Below, piece after piece: positions 1 through 10,430 of a stretch of 57,248 nucleotides of DNA. Where the stretch lies: the IMG/VR virus record IMGVR_UViG_3300007276_000057, positions 1 through 57,248 of that record. The stretch is one strand, 5' to 3'. The position numbers were made by a program, and so were the translations under genes. Below the pieces are notes generated by a model. It was not told the origin of the DNA and made no database searches. It saw nothing but the letters and a program-made list of their open reading frames with translations. Every line of letters begins with the position of its first letter. Position 1 is the first letter of the stretch. Source of the DNA: a virus (lineage: Duplodnaviria > Caudoviricetes).

Positions 1-333
1 ATATTAAATAAACATTATGATGGAGAAACAATATCAACTCCATTCGGAAGAAAGATACAATCAGACGATTTTCATGCTTTGAATTATCTCCTACAATCTT
101 CTTCCTCAGATAATTGTGTACAATCAGCAGTTAAGGTTAATAAATTCCTAAAGAACAAGAAGTCATTTGTTCAGTCGGTTGTTCATGATTGCGTCACAAT
201 TGATATGGATTTATCAGAAAGAAATTTGCTTCCAATGTTGGTTGAGTTGTTTAGCGACACAGCCCTTGGAAGATTCAAAACATCGATTCAAATCGGACAC
301 AACTTAAAAGACTTGGAGGAAGTACAATGGTAG
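1..333 (+). CDS. Family A DNA polymerase, C-terminal fragment (5'-truncated by the window edge)
   Basis: Frame 1 is open from base 1: TPFGRK...ALNYLLQSSSSD...VVHDC matches the PolA TxxGR, NxxxQxxxxD and motif C VHD. Confidence 0.75.
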   Translation: MLNKHYDGETISTPFGRKIQSDDFHALNYLLQSSSSDNCVQSAVKVNKFLKNKKSFVQSVVHDCVTIDMDLSERNLLPMLVELFSDTALGRFKTSIQIGHNLKDLEEVQW

Positions 334-1133
334 TTATCGGCATCGGCACAGCGGGTTGTAAAGTCGCTTATTCATTTGGAAAGGGGCACAAGAAGATTTT
401 CATTGGTCCCGATAAGTTTCCAAAGACTTGTAAGACTGTTGAGGATTATGAAAACAAGTGCCCCTCATTGAAAAAAGAACTTACCTTTTCAGCAAAAGAG
501 TGCTGGGTATTTGTTTGTGGTGCTTCTAAAACTTCCGGTGCGACCTTGAGAATCTTGGAGAAGATAAAAAATAAAAAGTTAAATGTCGTTTATATGACTC
601 CAGACAACTTGCTATCAACTCCAACTCAAACAAAGCAAGATAAAGTAGCATTCAATGTTTTACAACAATTTGCTCGTTCAGGGCTTATAAATTCAGTTTA
701 TCTTGTTTCCAACACAGCATTGGTAGATATAGCAGGCGAAGGACCAATTAGCGATGTTTATAGAAATGCAAACAGCACAATCGCAAACATCATTGAGACC
801 ATTGAATACTTTAGATCACAAGAGCCAGTTCTTGGATCAATAGCAGAAACAAAAGAAGTATCAAGGATAAAAACCTTCTCAATCGGTGTTATGGAAGAAT
901 CAGAAGAAAAGTTGTTATTTCCCCTTGACAACATAACTGAATCTGGTTACATGTATAGTATCAACGAAGACGAACTTAATCAGGAGAATGATTTGTTAAT
1001 GTCAATAAAAGATAGAGTAGCTCAAGATAAAGAGAATGAACTTCATTCGTCTTTTGCTATTTTCTCTTCTCCGCATGAACGATCATTTTTCTATTCAATT
1101 AAGTCCACGCACTTCATACAAGAAAAAATATAA
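327..1133 (+). CDS. Divergent tubulin/FtsZ-like protein
   Basis: N-terminal VIGIGTAG (T1 loop), degenerate T4 loop CGASKTSGA, and LVSN / N-x-x-IA segments in tubulin-family order. Confidence 0.6.
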   Translation: MVVIGIGTAGCKVAYSFGKGHKKIFIGPDKFPKTCKTVEDYENKCPSLKKELTFSAKECWVFVCGASKTSGATLRILEKIKNKKLNVVYMTPDNLLSTPTQTKQDKVAFNVLQQFARSGLINSVYLVSNTALVDIAGEGPISDVYRNANSTIANIIETIEYFRSQEPVLGSIAETKEVSRIKTFSIGVMEESEEKLLFPLDNITESGYMYSINEDELNQENDLLMSIKDRVAQDKENELHSSFAIFSSPHERSFFYSIKSTHFIQEKI

Positions 1134-1142
1134 AAAAATTAT

Positions 1143-1170
1143 TTGACAAAAAATAGTTTTATGTTATATT
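1143..1170 (+). promoter_or_regulatory. sigma70-type promoter
   Basis: TTGACA-16-TATATT with extended TG. Confidence 0.7.
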
Positions 1171-1218
1171 CAAAGAGTCGATAAAGACAAAACAAAAAAC
1201 AACAAAATAGGAGAAAAA

Positions 1219-1461
1219 ATGAAAAATTACACTGCATATACCGGAACTTTTGTAACTAAACGAGGTAACACCCGTGAAATGACTTTCATTCGTGAGAGTG
1301 ATGTTCCAAGTTCTGTATTTGGAGGAGGACAGAAACGTAAACTTTCGGAGGGTATGGAAACAGTTTATGATGTACAAGCGAATGGTTGGCGAACATTTAA
1401 CAGCAATACACAAGTTGGTCAACTTTCACAAAAAACAGTTCAATTTTCATTTGACAACTAA
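1219..1461 (+). CDS. Small SH3/Sm-like beta-barrel (WYL_2/DUF2693-like) protein
   Basis: F-x-T-K-x-G-x-x-R-x-M and YDVQANGWRTF motifs; AGGAG RBS. Confidence 0.6.
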   Translation: MKNYTAYTGTFVTKRGNTREMTFIRESDVPSSVFGGGQKRKLSEGMETVYDVQANGWRTFNSNTQVGQLSQKTVQFSFDN

Positions 1462-1479
1462 GCATAAACATGCTATAAT
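1451..1479 (+). promoter_or_regulatory. sigma70-type promoter for the SSB gene
   Basis: TTGACA-17-TATAAT with TG; followed by hairpin CGGGGGAC-TTTT-GTCCCCCG. Confidence 0.8.
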
Positions 1480-1555
1480 ATAAACAGCGGGGGACTTTTG
1501 TCCCCCGACTTTAGCCTGAAACGGCAAAAACTTTAATTACTTAGGAGAAATTACA

Positions 1556-2317
1556 ATGGCTTTAAATTTAGACAAAATGAGAGAAAAGCTTGAAGCTTCC
1601 AAAAACGGCGGCAAGAAACAAGAAAATAGCACCAAGTGGCGACCACAAGAAGGCGACCAAACTATTCGTCTTATGCCCACTGAAGATGGTGACCCCTTCA
1701 AGGAGTATCATTTTCACTACAATGTAGGCAGAAACCCCGGCATTTATTGCCCAAAGAAGAATGATGGTGAAGAATGTCCAATATGTGAATTCGCATCACA
1801 GTTGTGGCGAGACGGTGTTCAAAACAATAACGATACCGCAAAACGAGAAGCAAAGAAATTGTTTGTTCGCAAACGTTATTACTCTCCAGTATTGGTCCGA
1901 GGTCAAGAATCTTCTGGAGTAAAAGTTTGGTCTTATGGTAAGACCGCATATGAAACCCTTTTGGGTTATGTATTGGATCCTGATTATGGAGACATAACAC
2001 ATCCAGAAACAGGAACTGATATCGTTCTAACCTATACGGTCCCAAATACACCGGGATCGTTTCCAAAGACACAATTGAAACCAAGAAGGCGACCATCCGT
2101 TTTATGTGATGATGCTGTGGCTAATTGTGACGATTTGGTTAGCTCTGTCCCGGAGATTGATACTCTCTTCCAACGACGAACTACCTCTGAGGTACAAGCC
2201 CTCTTGGATGATTATCTTTCCTCCGATGCAAATAGTGAGTCCCGATCTTCGGAGACAGCCAAATATAATACTGAAAGCAAGGTAGATGCTGCTTTTCAAA
2301 AATTTATGAACGGTTAG
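1556..2317 (+). CDS. gp32-like single-stranded DNA-binding protein
   Basis: IRLMP, HYN..C..CPICE zinc site, RYYSPVLVR, DITHPETGTD, acidic tail. Confidence 0.85.
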   Translation: MALNLDKMREKLEASKNGGKKQENSTKWRPQEGDQTIRLMPTEDGDPFKEYHFHYNVGRNPGIYCPKKNDGEECPICEFASQLWRDGVQNNNDTAKREAKKLFVRKRYYSPVLVRGQESSGVKVWSYGKTAYETLLGYVLDPDYGDITHPETGTDIVLTYTVPNTPGSFPKTQLKPRRRPSVLCDDAVANCDDLVSSVPEIDTLFQRRTTSEVQALLDDYLSSDANSESRSSETAKYNTESKVDAAFQKFMNG

Positions 2318-2426
2318 ATACGGGCCGCTACGGGGCGCAGCGGGTAATAAATTGCGCCCCACATTTTACAAAACCACAGGGAGGCACAGGTTAAAGGTGC
2401 CTCATTATTTTTAAAGAGAGAGATTA

Positions 2427-2891
2427 ATGAGTATAATAATGAAAGGTCAAACGGTGGGTGTCCATTATGTTGGAACCTTTGACGACGGAACAGAATTTGA
2501 CAACTCAAGAACCAGGGGAAACCCTTTGTTTTTTAAAGTTGGAGAACGACAAGTAATCAATGGATTTGAAACTGCTGTAATGGGCATGTCTGTTGGAGAA
2601 ACAAAATCCTTTACAATTACACCAGAACAAGCATATGGGAACAATGATCCAAATTTGCTTCGCGAACTTCCAAGAACTAATTTCCCACCTGACTTTGCGT
2701 TTAAAGAGGGTATGATGGTAGAAATGAATTCACAGCAAGGAAAACCGTTCCCGGCTCAGATTACTTCATTTACAGAAGACACTGTGACGCTTGACTTTAA
2801 CCACCCATTGTCTGGGAAAACACTTAATTTTGAGATCGAACTTGTCCAGACCGATGAGTCTGGAGAAACAACAACAAAAGGAGAAACATGA
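2427..2891 (+). CDS. slyD: FKBP-type peptidyl-prolyl isomerase (SlyD-like)
   Basis: VHYVGTFDDGTEFDNS, PEQAYG, DFNHPLSGKTLNFEIE. Confidence 0.92.
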   Translation: MSIIMKGQTVGVHYVGTFDDGTEFDNSRTRGNPLFFKVGERQVINGFETAVMGMSVGETKSFTITPEQAYGNNDPNLLRELPRTNFPPDFAFKEGMMVEMNSQQGKPFPAQITSFTEDTVTLDFNHPLSGKTLNFEIELVQTDESGETTTKGET

Positions 2892-3010
2892 AATATTTCA
2901 TGATGGCTGCAATGCTTATGGCTTGCGGAGACAAAGAAGACTCTTCCGAACCGAAAGAGGAAGAAGTAACAGTAGAGCAAGAAGTAGAAGATTCAGCAGA
3001 AGCTGAGTAA
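2888..3010 (+). CDS. 40-aa acidic lipoprotein (not in ORF track)
   Basis: MKYFMMAAMLMACGDKEDSSEPKEEE...; lipobox LMAC, AGGAG RBS, ATGA overlap with the upstream gene. Confidence 0.7.
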   Translation: MKYFMMAAMLMACGDKEDSSEPKEEEVTVEQEVEDSAEAE

Positions 3011-3071
3011 AACAAAACACCGCAGGGAGGCATGGGTCACAGATGCCTCATTTTATTCACTGGAGAAATAA

Positions 3072-4166
3072 TTGGGAAAGGTAATACAAATGGCTACTAA
3101 ACCAGGAAAAATTAGTATTGGCGACATGAAGAAAGCAATTAATAAAAAGCTTGGTATTGAAGTCGCATATGATTTAAATCATGAAAATCCAGCATCTATC
3201 AAAGATTGGATCCCAACAGGATCAACTATCTTAGATTGGCTGATCTATCCCGGAAAGAAAGCAGGAATTCCTGTTGGGAGAATAACGGAGTTAGCGGGCC
3301 TTTCGGCAGCAGGTAAGTCATTTATGGCTGCTGTTATTGCCGCGAATGCTAACAAAAAGGGAATGAAGGTTGTCTACTTTGATTCGGAGGCAGCCGTAGA
3401 TGCAGATTTCTTAGAGAAAGCAGGTTGCGACAAGAACCAGATTCTTTATATTCAAGCAACATCAGTTGAGATGGTTCTCACATCTATTGAATATCTAATG
3501 GAACAATGGCCAGACGAACAGTTATTGTTTATTTGGGACTCTATCGCCGCCACACCAGCAGAGAAAGATGTAGAGGGAGATTTTAATCCCCAATCAAGTA
3601 TGGCTCAAAAGCCAAGGATCTTTTCAAAGGCATTCGCTAAATTGCAAGTTCCCTTGGAGAGAACACAATCGACACTTTTGCTCATTAATCAGTTGAAAAC
3701 CAACATTACATCTAATGTAGCTGAAATGAGAATGAATCCTTACTTTGCTCCCGGCGGTAAAGCTATCGAGTTTCATTGTGCTCTTCGTATCTGGCTCACA
3801 CGCCGTGCAGCAAAAGCTGGTAAGGTGCTTGACGAGAACGGAACACAAATTGGATCCGAGGTTAAAGCACAGATCAAGAAGGTTCGCTCTGCCGGTTATG
3901 GTAGACAGTGCTCTTTTGATGTTCTTTGGGGCGGTAACGATGTTAGGATCGCTGACGAAGAATCATGGCTTGAAGCACTTGCTACAGTTACCAGTGATCG
4001 CTATAAGGCAGCGGGTGCTTGGAAGAGTATTTTCGATAAAAAAGGCAAAGAATACAAATTTCAGTCTAAGGATTGGCTTGAGAAGTTAAAAGATGAAAAA
4101 TTTAAAGCAACTGTGGTTGATATCTTAGAAGAAGAGTTTGTAAACAAATATAAAAAAGAATCTTAA
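3072..4166 (+). CDS. recA: RecA/UvsX recombinase
   Basis: IPTGS, GRITELAGLSAAGKS Walker A, FDSEAA, WDSIAA, INQL, PGGKAIEF. Confidence 0.93.
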   Translation: MGKVIQMATKPGKISIGDMKKAINKKLGIEVAYDLNHENPASIKDWIPTGSTILDWLIYPGKKAGIPVGRITELAGLSAAGKSFMAAVIAANANKKGMKVVYFDSEAAVDADFLEKAGCDKNQILYIQATSVEMVLTSIEYLMEQWPDEQLLFIWDSIAATPAEKDVEGDFNPQSSMAQKPRIFSKAFAKLQVPLERTQSTLLLINQLKTNITSNVAEMRMNPYFAPGGKAIEFHCALRIWLTRRAAKAGKVLDENGTQIGSEVKAQIKKVRSAGYGRQCSFDVLWGGNDVRIADEESWLEALATVTSDRYKAAGAWKSIFDKKGKEYKFQSKDWLEKLKDEKFKATVVDILEEEFVNKYKKES

Positions 4167-4197
4167 TCCTGTCTCCTGGTGATTTAGAGAGAACAAG

Positions 4198-4224
4198 AAC
4201 CCCGATTAATTTCGGGGTTTTTTT
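4198..4224 (+). terminator. Rho-independent terminator
   Basis: AACCCCGA/TCGGGGTT stem plus T run. Confidence 0.8.
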
Positions 4225-4226
4225 AT

Positions 4227-4254
4227 TTGACAAATGAAAATATCGTGATATAAT
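4227..4254 (+). promoter_or_regulatory. sigma70-type promoter
   Basis: TTGACA-16-TATAAT. Confidence 0.75.
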
Positions 4255-4276
4255 AAATGAGCAACGGAGAAAACTT

Positions 4277-5281
4277 ATGAAAGAAATACAATATGTAGAC
4301 ATTGTGGCTGACCTTTCTTGGGGAGACACTGGTAAAGGAAAAATAACCTCACACCTCGCGAAAGACAAATCATATGATTATGTTTGCCGCTGGGCTGGTG
4401 GAAACAATGCGGGACACACTGTGTTCCTCAAAGGAAAGAAATACAAGACTCACCTTGTTCCCTCTGGTGTGTTCCACGGGATCAAATCAATTATCGGACC
4501 CCAGTGTGTAGTTCACCCAGAGTCTCTACAAGAGGAATTAGACTATCTTAAAGAGCACGGCTTTGATATTTCTTTGGTTAAGGTCTCTCCGAGAGCCCAT
4601 ATCGTCACCGATAAACATATCAAAGACGATAAAAAGAAATTAGCAAAGAAACTTGGAACAACCTCAAAGGGAATCGCCCCTTGCTATTCAGATAAAATGG
4701 CTAGAACCGGACAACTAGCAAAAGATATTCTCCCAGAAGAGTTAATATGGGATGAAAAACTCAGCGGTAAGATTCTCTGCGAAGGAGCACAAGGTTATTA
4801 TCTAGACATAGATCACGGTAACTATCCTTATGTGACTTCCTCAATTACTCTTCCTTATGGTGCTTGTTCTCTTGGGTTTCCTCCGCAGAAAATTCGTCGT
4901 ATATGGGGCATATCCAAGTTATATGATACCCGTTCTGGTGTGGACCCACTATTCCCCGATAAACTCTTAAAAGACAAAGAATTGGCTAAATTGGGCGATC
5001 TAGGGGGTGAAATTGGAGTAACAACCGGACGGAAAAGAAAGTGCAACTGGTTGAATGTTGATTTAATGATTGATGCCGCGAGACGAACAGGAACAACTCA
5101 TTTGGTTATCAACAAGTGCGATGTTATTAGAGAATTGGGAGTGTTTAAATGTTATAGCGGAGGAGAGTTAAAAGAATTTTCTTCTTACCACAAGTTAACG
5201 AGTTATATTACCGATAAAGTTGGTCAATCTGATTCATTAGCCAAGCACGTTTACCTTTCAAACTCCCCGGAGAGATTATGA
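4277..5281 (+). CDS. purA: Adenylosuccinate synthetase (short form)
   Basis: [40 protein letters not shown]. Confidence 0.9.
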   Translation: MKEIQYVDIVADLSWGDTGKGKITSHLAKDKSYDYVCRWAGGNNAGHTVFLKGKKYKTHLVPSGVFHGIKSIIGPQCVVHPESLQEELDYLKEHGFDISLVKVSPRAHIVTDKHIKDDKKKLAKKLGTTSKGIAPCYSDKMARTGQLAKDILPEELIWDEKLSGKILCEGAQGYYLDIDHGNYPYVTSSITLPYGACSLGFPPQKIRRIWGISKLYDTRSGVDPLFPDKLLKDKELAKLGDLGGEIGVTTGRKRKCNWLNVDLMIDAARRTGTTHLVINKCDVIRELGVFKCYSGGELKEFSSYHKLTSYITDKVGQSDSLAKHVYLSNSPERL

Positions 5282-6051
5282 GCGAGAACGAAAGCAAAGA
5301 AACTTCTTTATCCTCCAGCAAGCCGATTACTAATTTGCGGGGAGTAATGGGGGTTTATAAAATTACAAATACCAAGACCAATAAGGTTTATATTGGAAGT
5401 AGCAAAAACATATACAAACGCTGTTATGATCATAAATATCTTTTAAGGCACAATAAACACCACTCCACTCACTTACAAGAGTCTTGGAATAAATATGGAG
5501 AAGATAGTTTCACTTTTGAAGTTATAGAAGAGGTCCAAAATGCAGACGATTTGCGAATCAGGGAACAACACTACCTAGACACAGAGAAGCCGTTTTTGAG
5601 AGACAGAGGATTTAACAGTTATCCTTCTATCTTAGGACGCCTTGGACTTAAACACACAGAAGAAACCAAAAGAAAATTGAGAGAAGCCCACAAAGGCAAC
5701 AGAGGCAGAGCCTTCTCGGAAGAAACCAGAAGGAAAATGTCCGAAGCCCAAAAAGGAAAAAAACATTCGGAAGAATCCAAAAGGAGAATGTCCGAAGCCC
5801 AAAAAGGAAAAAAACATTCGGAAGAAACCAAAAGGAAAATAAGCGAAGCACTAACCGGCTGTAAAAACCACTCTGCTGTTCTTAACAGAGAGCAGGTAAT
5901 AGAGATAAGAAGATCTTATTTGGAAGAAAACATAATCCAAATCGAATTAGCAAGAATGTATGGTGTTACACCAGCCACTATAACAAATGTCTTGTATAAG
6001 AGTCACAAGAATATACCGGAGTATCTTGATATTTTAAGAGGTGAAAAATGA
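5278..6051 (+). mobile_element. Free-standing GIY-YIG homing endonuclease with NUMOD3 repeats and C-terminal HTH
   Basis: GVYKITN..VYIGSS, REQHYLD, four (H/F)(S/T)EE(T/S)(K/R)R(K/R) repeats. Confidence 0.9.
5650..5850 (+). repeat. Coding tandem repeat, 51-nt period (NUMOD3)
   Basis: TCGGAAGAA recurs at 5716, 5767 and 5818. Confidence 0.9.
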
Positions 6052-7007
6052 GCGAGAAGAAAAGATTATTAATCATCGATGCCTTGAATCTGTTCATACG
6101 GAGTTATGTAATTATACCCACAATGGACCCCTCCGGTATTCCAATCGGAGGAACCATCGGGTTTGTTAAGTCTCTACAGAAAGTAATGAGACAATGCCGA
6201 CCTCACGAAGTGGTTATCTGCTGGGACGGTATCGGTGGCTCTCAAAGAAAGAAGCAACAGAACGAGAACTACAAAGAAGGTAGGAAACCTCTTCGTTTTA
6301 ATCGTCGTATGATTGATTTGGACCCAAAGAGCCAAGAACAAAACAAGATTCACCAACAGATTCGCTTGTTTGAATATTTAAACGAGTTGCCTATGATACA
6401 ATTGACTTATGACGGTGTTGAAGCCGATGATGTAATTGCTATTGTTGCTCGCCACAAGCACTATGAAGGTTGGCAGAAGATCATTGTATCAAGCGATAAG
6501 GACTTCTTTCAGTTGTGTGATGAAGACACAGCAGTTTATAGACCGATTCAAGACGTTTTGGAAACACAGGGAACAATTGCATATAGGTTTGGAATCCACC
6601 CCAATAACTTTGCACTAGCCAGAGCAATAGCGGGCGATGCTTCAGACAACCTCAAGGGAGTCGGCAGAGTAGGGCTAAAAACCATCGCCAAAAATTTTAC
6701 ATTCCTCTCCGAGTCGAAACAATACGAATTGGAAGAATTGGTCGAATTTTGTGAGAGTGTAGAAAAAAAGAAAGTTGCACACAATAAAATCATCGAGAAT
6801 CAAAAGTTGGTAGAAAACAACTACTCAATTATGCAACTATACAACCCCTCGATTTCAGTACTCAATAGAAAGAAAATTGACTACACCATAGCCAGTTTTG
6901 AGGCAGAGAGTAATAAGATGAATTTCACAAAAATGCTTTTTGAGGACGGACAAGGCTCCTTAAATTTCACGGACTTATGGAATTTGATAAAAAAACTTGA
7001 AAGATAA
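6048..7007 (+). CDS. 5'-3' exonuclease / flap endonuclease (T4 RNase H-like)
   Basis: [36 protein letters not shown]. Confidence 0.92.
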   Translation: MSEKKRLLIIDALNLFIRSYVIIPTMDPSGIPIGGTIGFVKSLQKVMRQCRPHEVVICWDGIGGSQRKKQQNENYKEGRKPLRFNRRMIDLDPKSQEQNKIHQQIRLFEYLNELPMIQLTYDGVEADDVIAIVARHKHYEGWQKIIVSSDKDFFQLCDEDTAVYRPIQDVLETQGTIAYRFGIHPNNFALARAIAGDASDNLKGVGRVGLKTIAKNFTFLSESKQYELEELVEFCESVEKKKVAHNKIIENQKLVENNYSIMQLYNPSISVLNRKKIDYTIASFEAESNKMNFTKMLFEDGQGSLNFTDLWNLIKKLER

Positions 7008-7068
7008 AAGAGTAACTTGACAAGGTTACAAAAAGTTGTTACATAGTTAAAAACGCATTGGAGGAAAG

Positions 7069-8427
7069 ATGGAACAAACCAACGAAACATTTCAGAGATT
7101 CGGTAAATCATTTCAAGAGGACTTGTGCCATTTGATGCTTCAAGACCGACCATTTTGTGATCAAATCACAGAAGTGCTTAGTCTTGAATTTTTGCAATAT
7201 GAGTATTTACGAGTATTCACTAAGACAATATTAGATTACCGCCGCGATTATAAAATGCACCCGTCATATAAAATCATGGCTACACACATTTCCGCAGGGC
7301 TTAGTGAGTACTCGGATGCTCTTCAAAAACAAATAAGGCAGTTTTATGCCAAGGTACTTTCTAATTCAGAAGTAGACGGTGCCCAATATATTAAAGATAA
7401 TGCCCTTGACTTTTGCCGCAAACAGGTTCTAAAAGGAGCCATGATGAAATCGGTAAAACTCATTAAAACTTCGTCTTTCGACGAGATACAGAAAGTTATC
7501 CAAGATGCTCTAAAGCTCGGAACCGACAACAATTTCGGTCACGATTATCTCAAGGATTTTGAAGAAAGATTCTCAATAAAAAATCGTGATCCGATATCAA
7601 CCGGGTGGGAAAGAATAGATGATATTTGCAAGGGCGGTCTTGGCAAAAGGGAGCTTGGAGTCGCGATCGCCCCTACCGGGGCTGGGAAATCGATGATACT
7701 TGCTTGCCTTGGAGCCGCCGCACTCAAGCAAGGAAAAACTGTTGTTCATTACACTCTTGAGTTAGCCGATACAGTGGTTGGAACGAGGTATGATTCGTCG
7801 ATAACTGGGGTTCCTCTGGGCGACCTAATGTCGAATAAACAAAAAATTCTCGATGTTGTGAAAGATGTTGAGGGAACTCTAATTATTAAAGAGTATCCAA
7901 CGAAGTCTGCTTCAACGGAAACAATCAAGAATCACATTGAAAGGTTAAAGAAACGCGGCATTGAGCCCGACATGGTTATTGTTGACTATGCCGACCTTCT
8001 AAGACCAGTTAAGGAGACCCGTGAGAAACGACACGATCTTGAAAATATTTATGAAGAATTGCGAGCAATCGCACAAATTTACGACTGCCCACTTTGGACA
8101 GCCTCACAAACAAATAGGTCGGGTTTGAATGCGGAAGTTATCACCATGGAGGCAATCTCGGAAGCCTTCAATAAATGCTTTGTCTCTGATTTTATATTTT
8201 CGTTGTCGAGAACCATCGAAGATAAGAATGCGAACACTGGAAGAGTCTTTGTCGCCAAGAATAGAAATGGTCCGGACGGTCTTGTGTTTCCGATCTTCGC
8301 TGATTGGTCGAGAGTTGATATGAAAGTATTAGAGAGACAAAGTGAAACAATGGACGATGCTGTACAAGAGTCCACGAAGTCAACCGTAGAATTTCTAAAG
8401 AACAAATATAAAAATATGAAAAAATAG
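7069..8427 (+). CDS. DnaB-like replicative helicase
   Basis: APTGAGKS, TLEL, IVDYADL, TASQTNR, KNRNG. Confidence 0.92.
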   Translation: MEQTNETFQRFGKSFQEDLCHLMLQDRPFCDQITEVLSLEFLQYEYLRVFTKTILDYRRDYKMHPSYKIMATHISAGLSEYSDALQKQIRQFYAKVLSNSEVDGAQYIKDNALDFCRKQVLKGAMMKSVKLIKTSSFDEIQKVIQDALKLGTDNNFGHDYLKDFEERFSIKNRDPISTGWERIDDICKGGLGKRELGVAIAPTGAGKSMILACLGAAALKQGKTVVHYTLELADTVVGTRYDSSITGVPLGDLMSNKQKILDVVKDVEGTLIIKEYPTKSASTETIKNHIERLKKRGIEPDMVIVDYADLLRPVKETREKRHDLENIYEELRAIAQIYDCPLWTASQTNRSGLNAEVITMEAISEAFNKCFVSDFIFSLSRTIEDKNANTGRVFVAKNRNGPDGLVFPIFADWSRVDMKVLERQSETMDDAVQESTKSTVEFLKNKYKNMKK

Positions 8428-8438
8428 AGGGAGATATT

Positions 8439-10430
8439 ATGATGAAAATTGGAAACATTAATGTTCGTAAATTTGGTCTTTCAGACCAGTTTATTGAGCA
8501 ATACAAAACAAAAGAGGTTCCATGGGGTCCTGTTGGGTACATTACCTATAAGCGAACCTATGCTCGTCGTTTAAACGAGACAGACCCAAATGCCAAAGGC
8601 ACAGAGGAATGGTATCAGACTTGCCGTCGTGTTATCGAAGGAATGTTTGATATCCAAAAGAGGCATGTATTTGCTCTTGGTTTAGAGTGGAACGATGCTA
8701 AAGCCCAAAGAACAGCCAAAGAAGCTTATGATCGCTTGTTTAATTTGAAATGGACACCGCCTGGTCGTGGTCTATGGATGATGGGTACTAAGTTTATTTA
8801 TGAACGAACAGGTGCTGGGCTTTTTAATTGTGCTTTCCGCTCAACAAAAGATATCCATACCAAGGGTGGTTATCTTTTTGCTTGGATGATGGATGCCCTT
8901 ATGGTTGGTATTGGTGTTGGTTTTGATACACTTGGTGCTAAAACTTTAACGATCAAAGAACCACAATGGACAAAAGAGACTCTTACTATTGATGATAGTC
9001 GTGAAGGTTGGGTTGACTCTGTTCATATGCTTCTTGATGGATACCTGCAAGGCAAGAAGGTTCCTAATTTTGATTATTCACAAATTCGTCCCGAAGGAGC
9101 ACCTATTAGAGGCTTTGGGGGAACTTCAAGTGGCCCTGGTCCTTTAATTGAACTTCACAACAATTTAAAAGAACTATATAACGAAAAAATCGGCGAACTG
9201 ATTTCATCAGTTGATATTGTTGATACTGAAAATCTTATTGGTCGCTGTGTTGTCGCTGGTAATGTCCGTCGTTCCGCTGCTCTTGCTTTGGGACAACATG
9301 ACGATCGTGAATACTTATCTATGAAGAATGACCAAGAGAAACTTTATCATCATCGCTGGGGGTCTAACAACTCCTTTGAAGCAAAGATTGGTATGGATTA
9401 TTCTTGGCATGCCGAGCAATCACAAAAGAATGGAGAACCGGGTTATATCTGGCTTCACAATGCTCGTTATTATGGTCGTATGAAGGACGGTAAAAGATAT
9501 GACGATACAAAAGTTATGGGCTTCAATCCTTGCGTTGAGCAACAATTGGAAGACGGAGAACTTTGTTGTTTGGTTGAGACCTTTCCAGCAAAACACGATT
9601 CATATGAAGATTATGTAAAGACACTTGAAATTGCTTATCTATATGGTAAGACAGTTACTCTTGTTAATACACACTGGAGAGAAACTAATGCTATTATGTT
9701 GAAGAACCGTCGTATTGGCTTATCTCAATCAGGTGTTGTACAGGCTTTCAATAAGCACACACGAAGAACTATGTTGCAATGGTGTGATGATGCCTATGAA
9801 CATGTAACCGAGATGGATAAAGAATATGCCGATTGGCTCTGTATTCCTCGATCTGTTAGAATGACTTCTATTAAGCCAAGTGGAACAGTGTCTCTTCTCA
9901 ATGGTTCAACACCGGGTATCCACTTCCCAGAGAACGAGTTCTATATTAGAAGAATTCGCTTTGGAAAAGATTCGGATTTGTTGCCGACTTTGGAAGAAGC
10001 AGGTTACAAAATTGAAGACGACAAATATTCACCGAATACTGTTTGTGTTGAATTTCCTGTTAAGGAGCCTTTTTTCGTAAAAGGAAAGAAAGATGTTTCT
10101 ATGTGGGAGCAGTTAGAGATTGCCTCCCAGTATCAACATTATTGGGCAGATAACAGCGTTAGTATCACGGTTACCTTTAATGCGAATGAAGCACCACAAA
10201 TCAAAGATGCTTTAGAACTTTATGAGTCTCGCTTGAAGGCTGTCTCTTTCTTGAGATACCAAGAAACAGGATATGAACAGGCTCCTTACGAGCCAATTAC
10301 GGAAGAAGAATATAATGAAATGGTAAAGGGAATTACCCCTATACAGAGAATTGATACCGAAGAAGAAGGTGTTGGTTCTAAATACTGTACGAATGATTCG
10401 TGCGACATTAACTTTGGAGAAGAACAATGA
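8439..10430 (+). CDS. nrdJ: Class II (B12-dependent) ribonucleotide reductase, monomeric type
   Basis: KWTPPGRGLW, FNCAF, GNVRRSA, NPCVE, IKPSGTVS, C-terminal CTNDSC. Confidence 0.93.
   Translation: MMKIGNINVRKFGLSDQFIEQYKTKEVPWGPVGYITYKRTYARRLNETDPNAKGTEEWYQTCRRVIEGMFDIQKRHVFALGLEWNDAKAQRTAKEAYDRLFNLKWTPPGRGLWMMGTKFIYERTGAGLFNCAFRSTKDIHTKGGYLFAWMMDALMVGIGVGFDTLGAKTLTIKEPQWTKETLTIDDSREGWVDSVHMLLDGYLQGKKVPNFDYSQIRPEGAPIRGFGGTSSGPGPLIELHNNLKELYNEKIGELISSVDIVDTENLIGRCVVAGNVRRSAALALGQHDDREYLSMKNDQEKLYHHRWGSNNSFEAKIGMDYSWHAEQSQKNGEPGYIWLHNARYYGRMKDGKRYDDTKVMGFNPCVEQQLEDGELCCLVETFPAKHDSYEDYVKTLEIAYLYGKTVTLVNTHWRETNAIMLKNRRIGLSQSGVVQAFNKHTRRTMLQWCDDAYEHVTEMDKEYADWLCIPRSVRMTSIKPSGTVSLLNGSTPGIHFPENEFYIRRIRFGKDSDLLPTLEEAGYKIEDDKYSPNTVCVEFPVKEPFFVKGKKDVSMWEQLEIASQYQHYWADNSVSITVTFNANEAPQIKDALELYESRLKAVSFLRYQETGYEQAPYEPITEEEYNEMVKGITPIQRIDTEEEGVGSKYCTNDSCDINFGEEQ

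Noticed and set aside
4277-5281. PurZ (2-aminoadenine, Z-genome) instead of PurA
   Set aside because: Retains the catalytic Asp (GDTGKG, not GSTGKG), the Arg in TTGRKR and the GTP-type NKCD motif; all PurA-like
5650-5850. Non-coding repeat array and the three minus-strand ORFs over it
   Set aside because: In-frame NUMOD3 coding repeats; the minus ORFs are shadows
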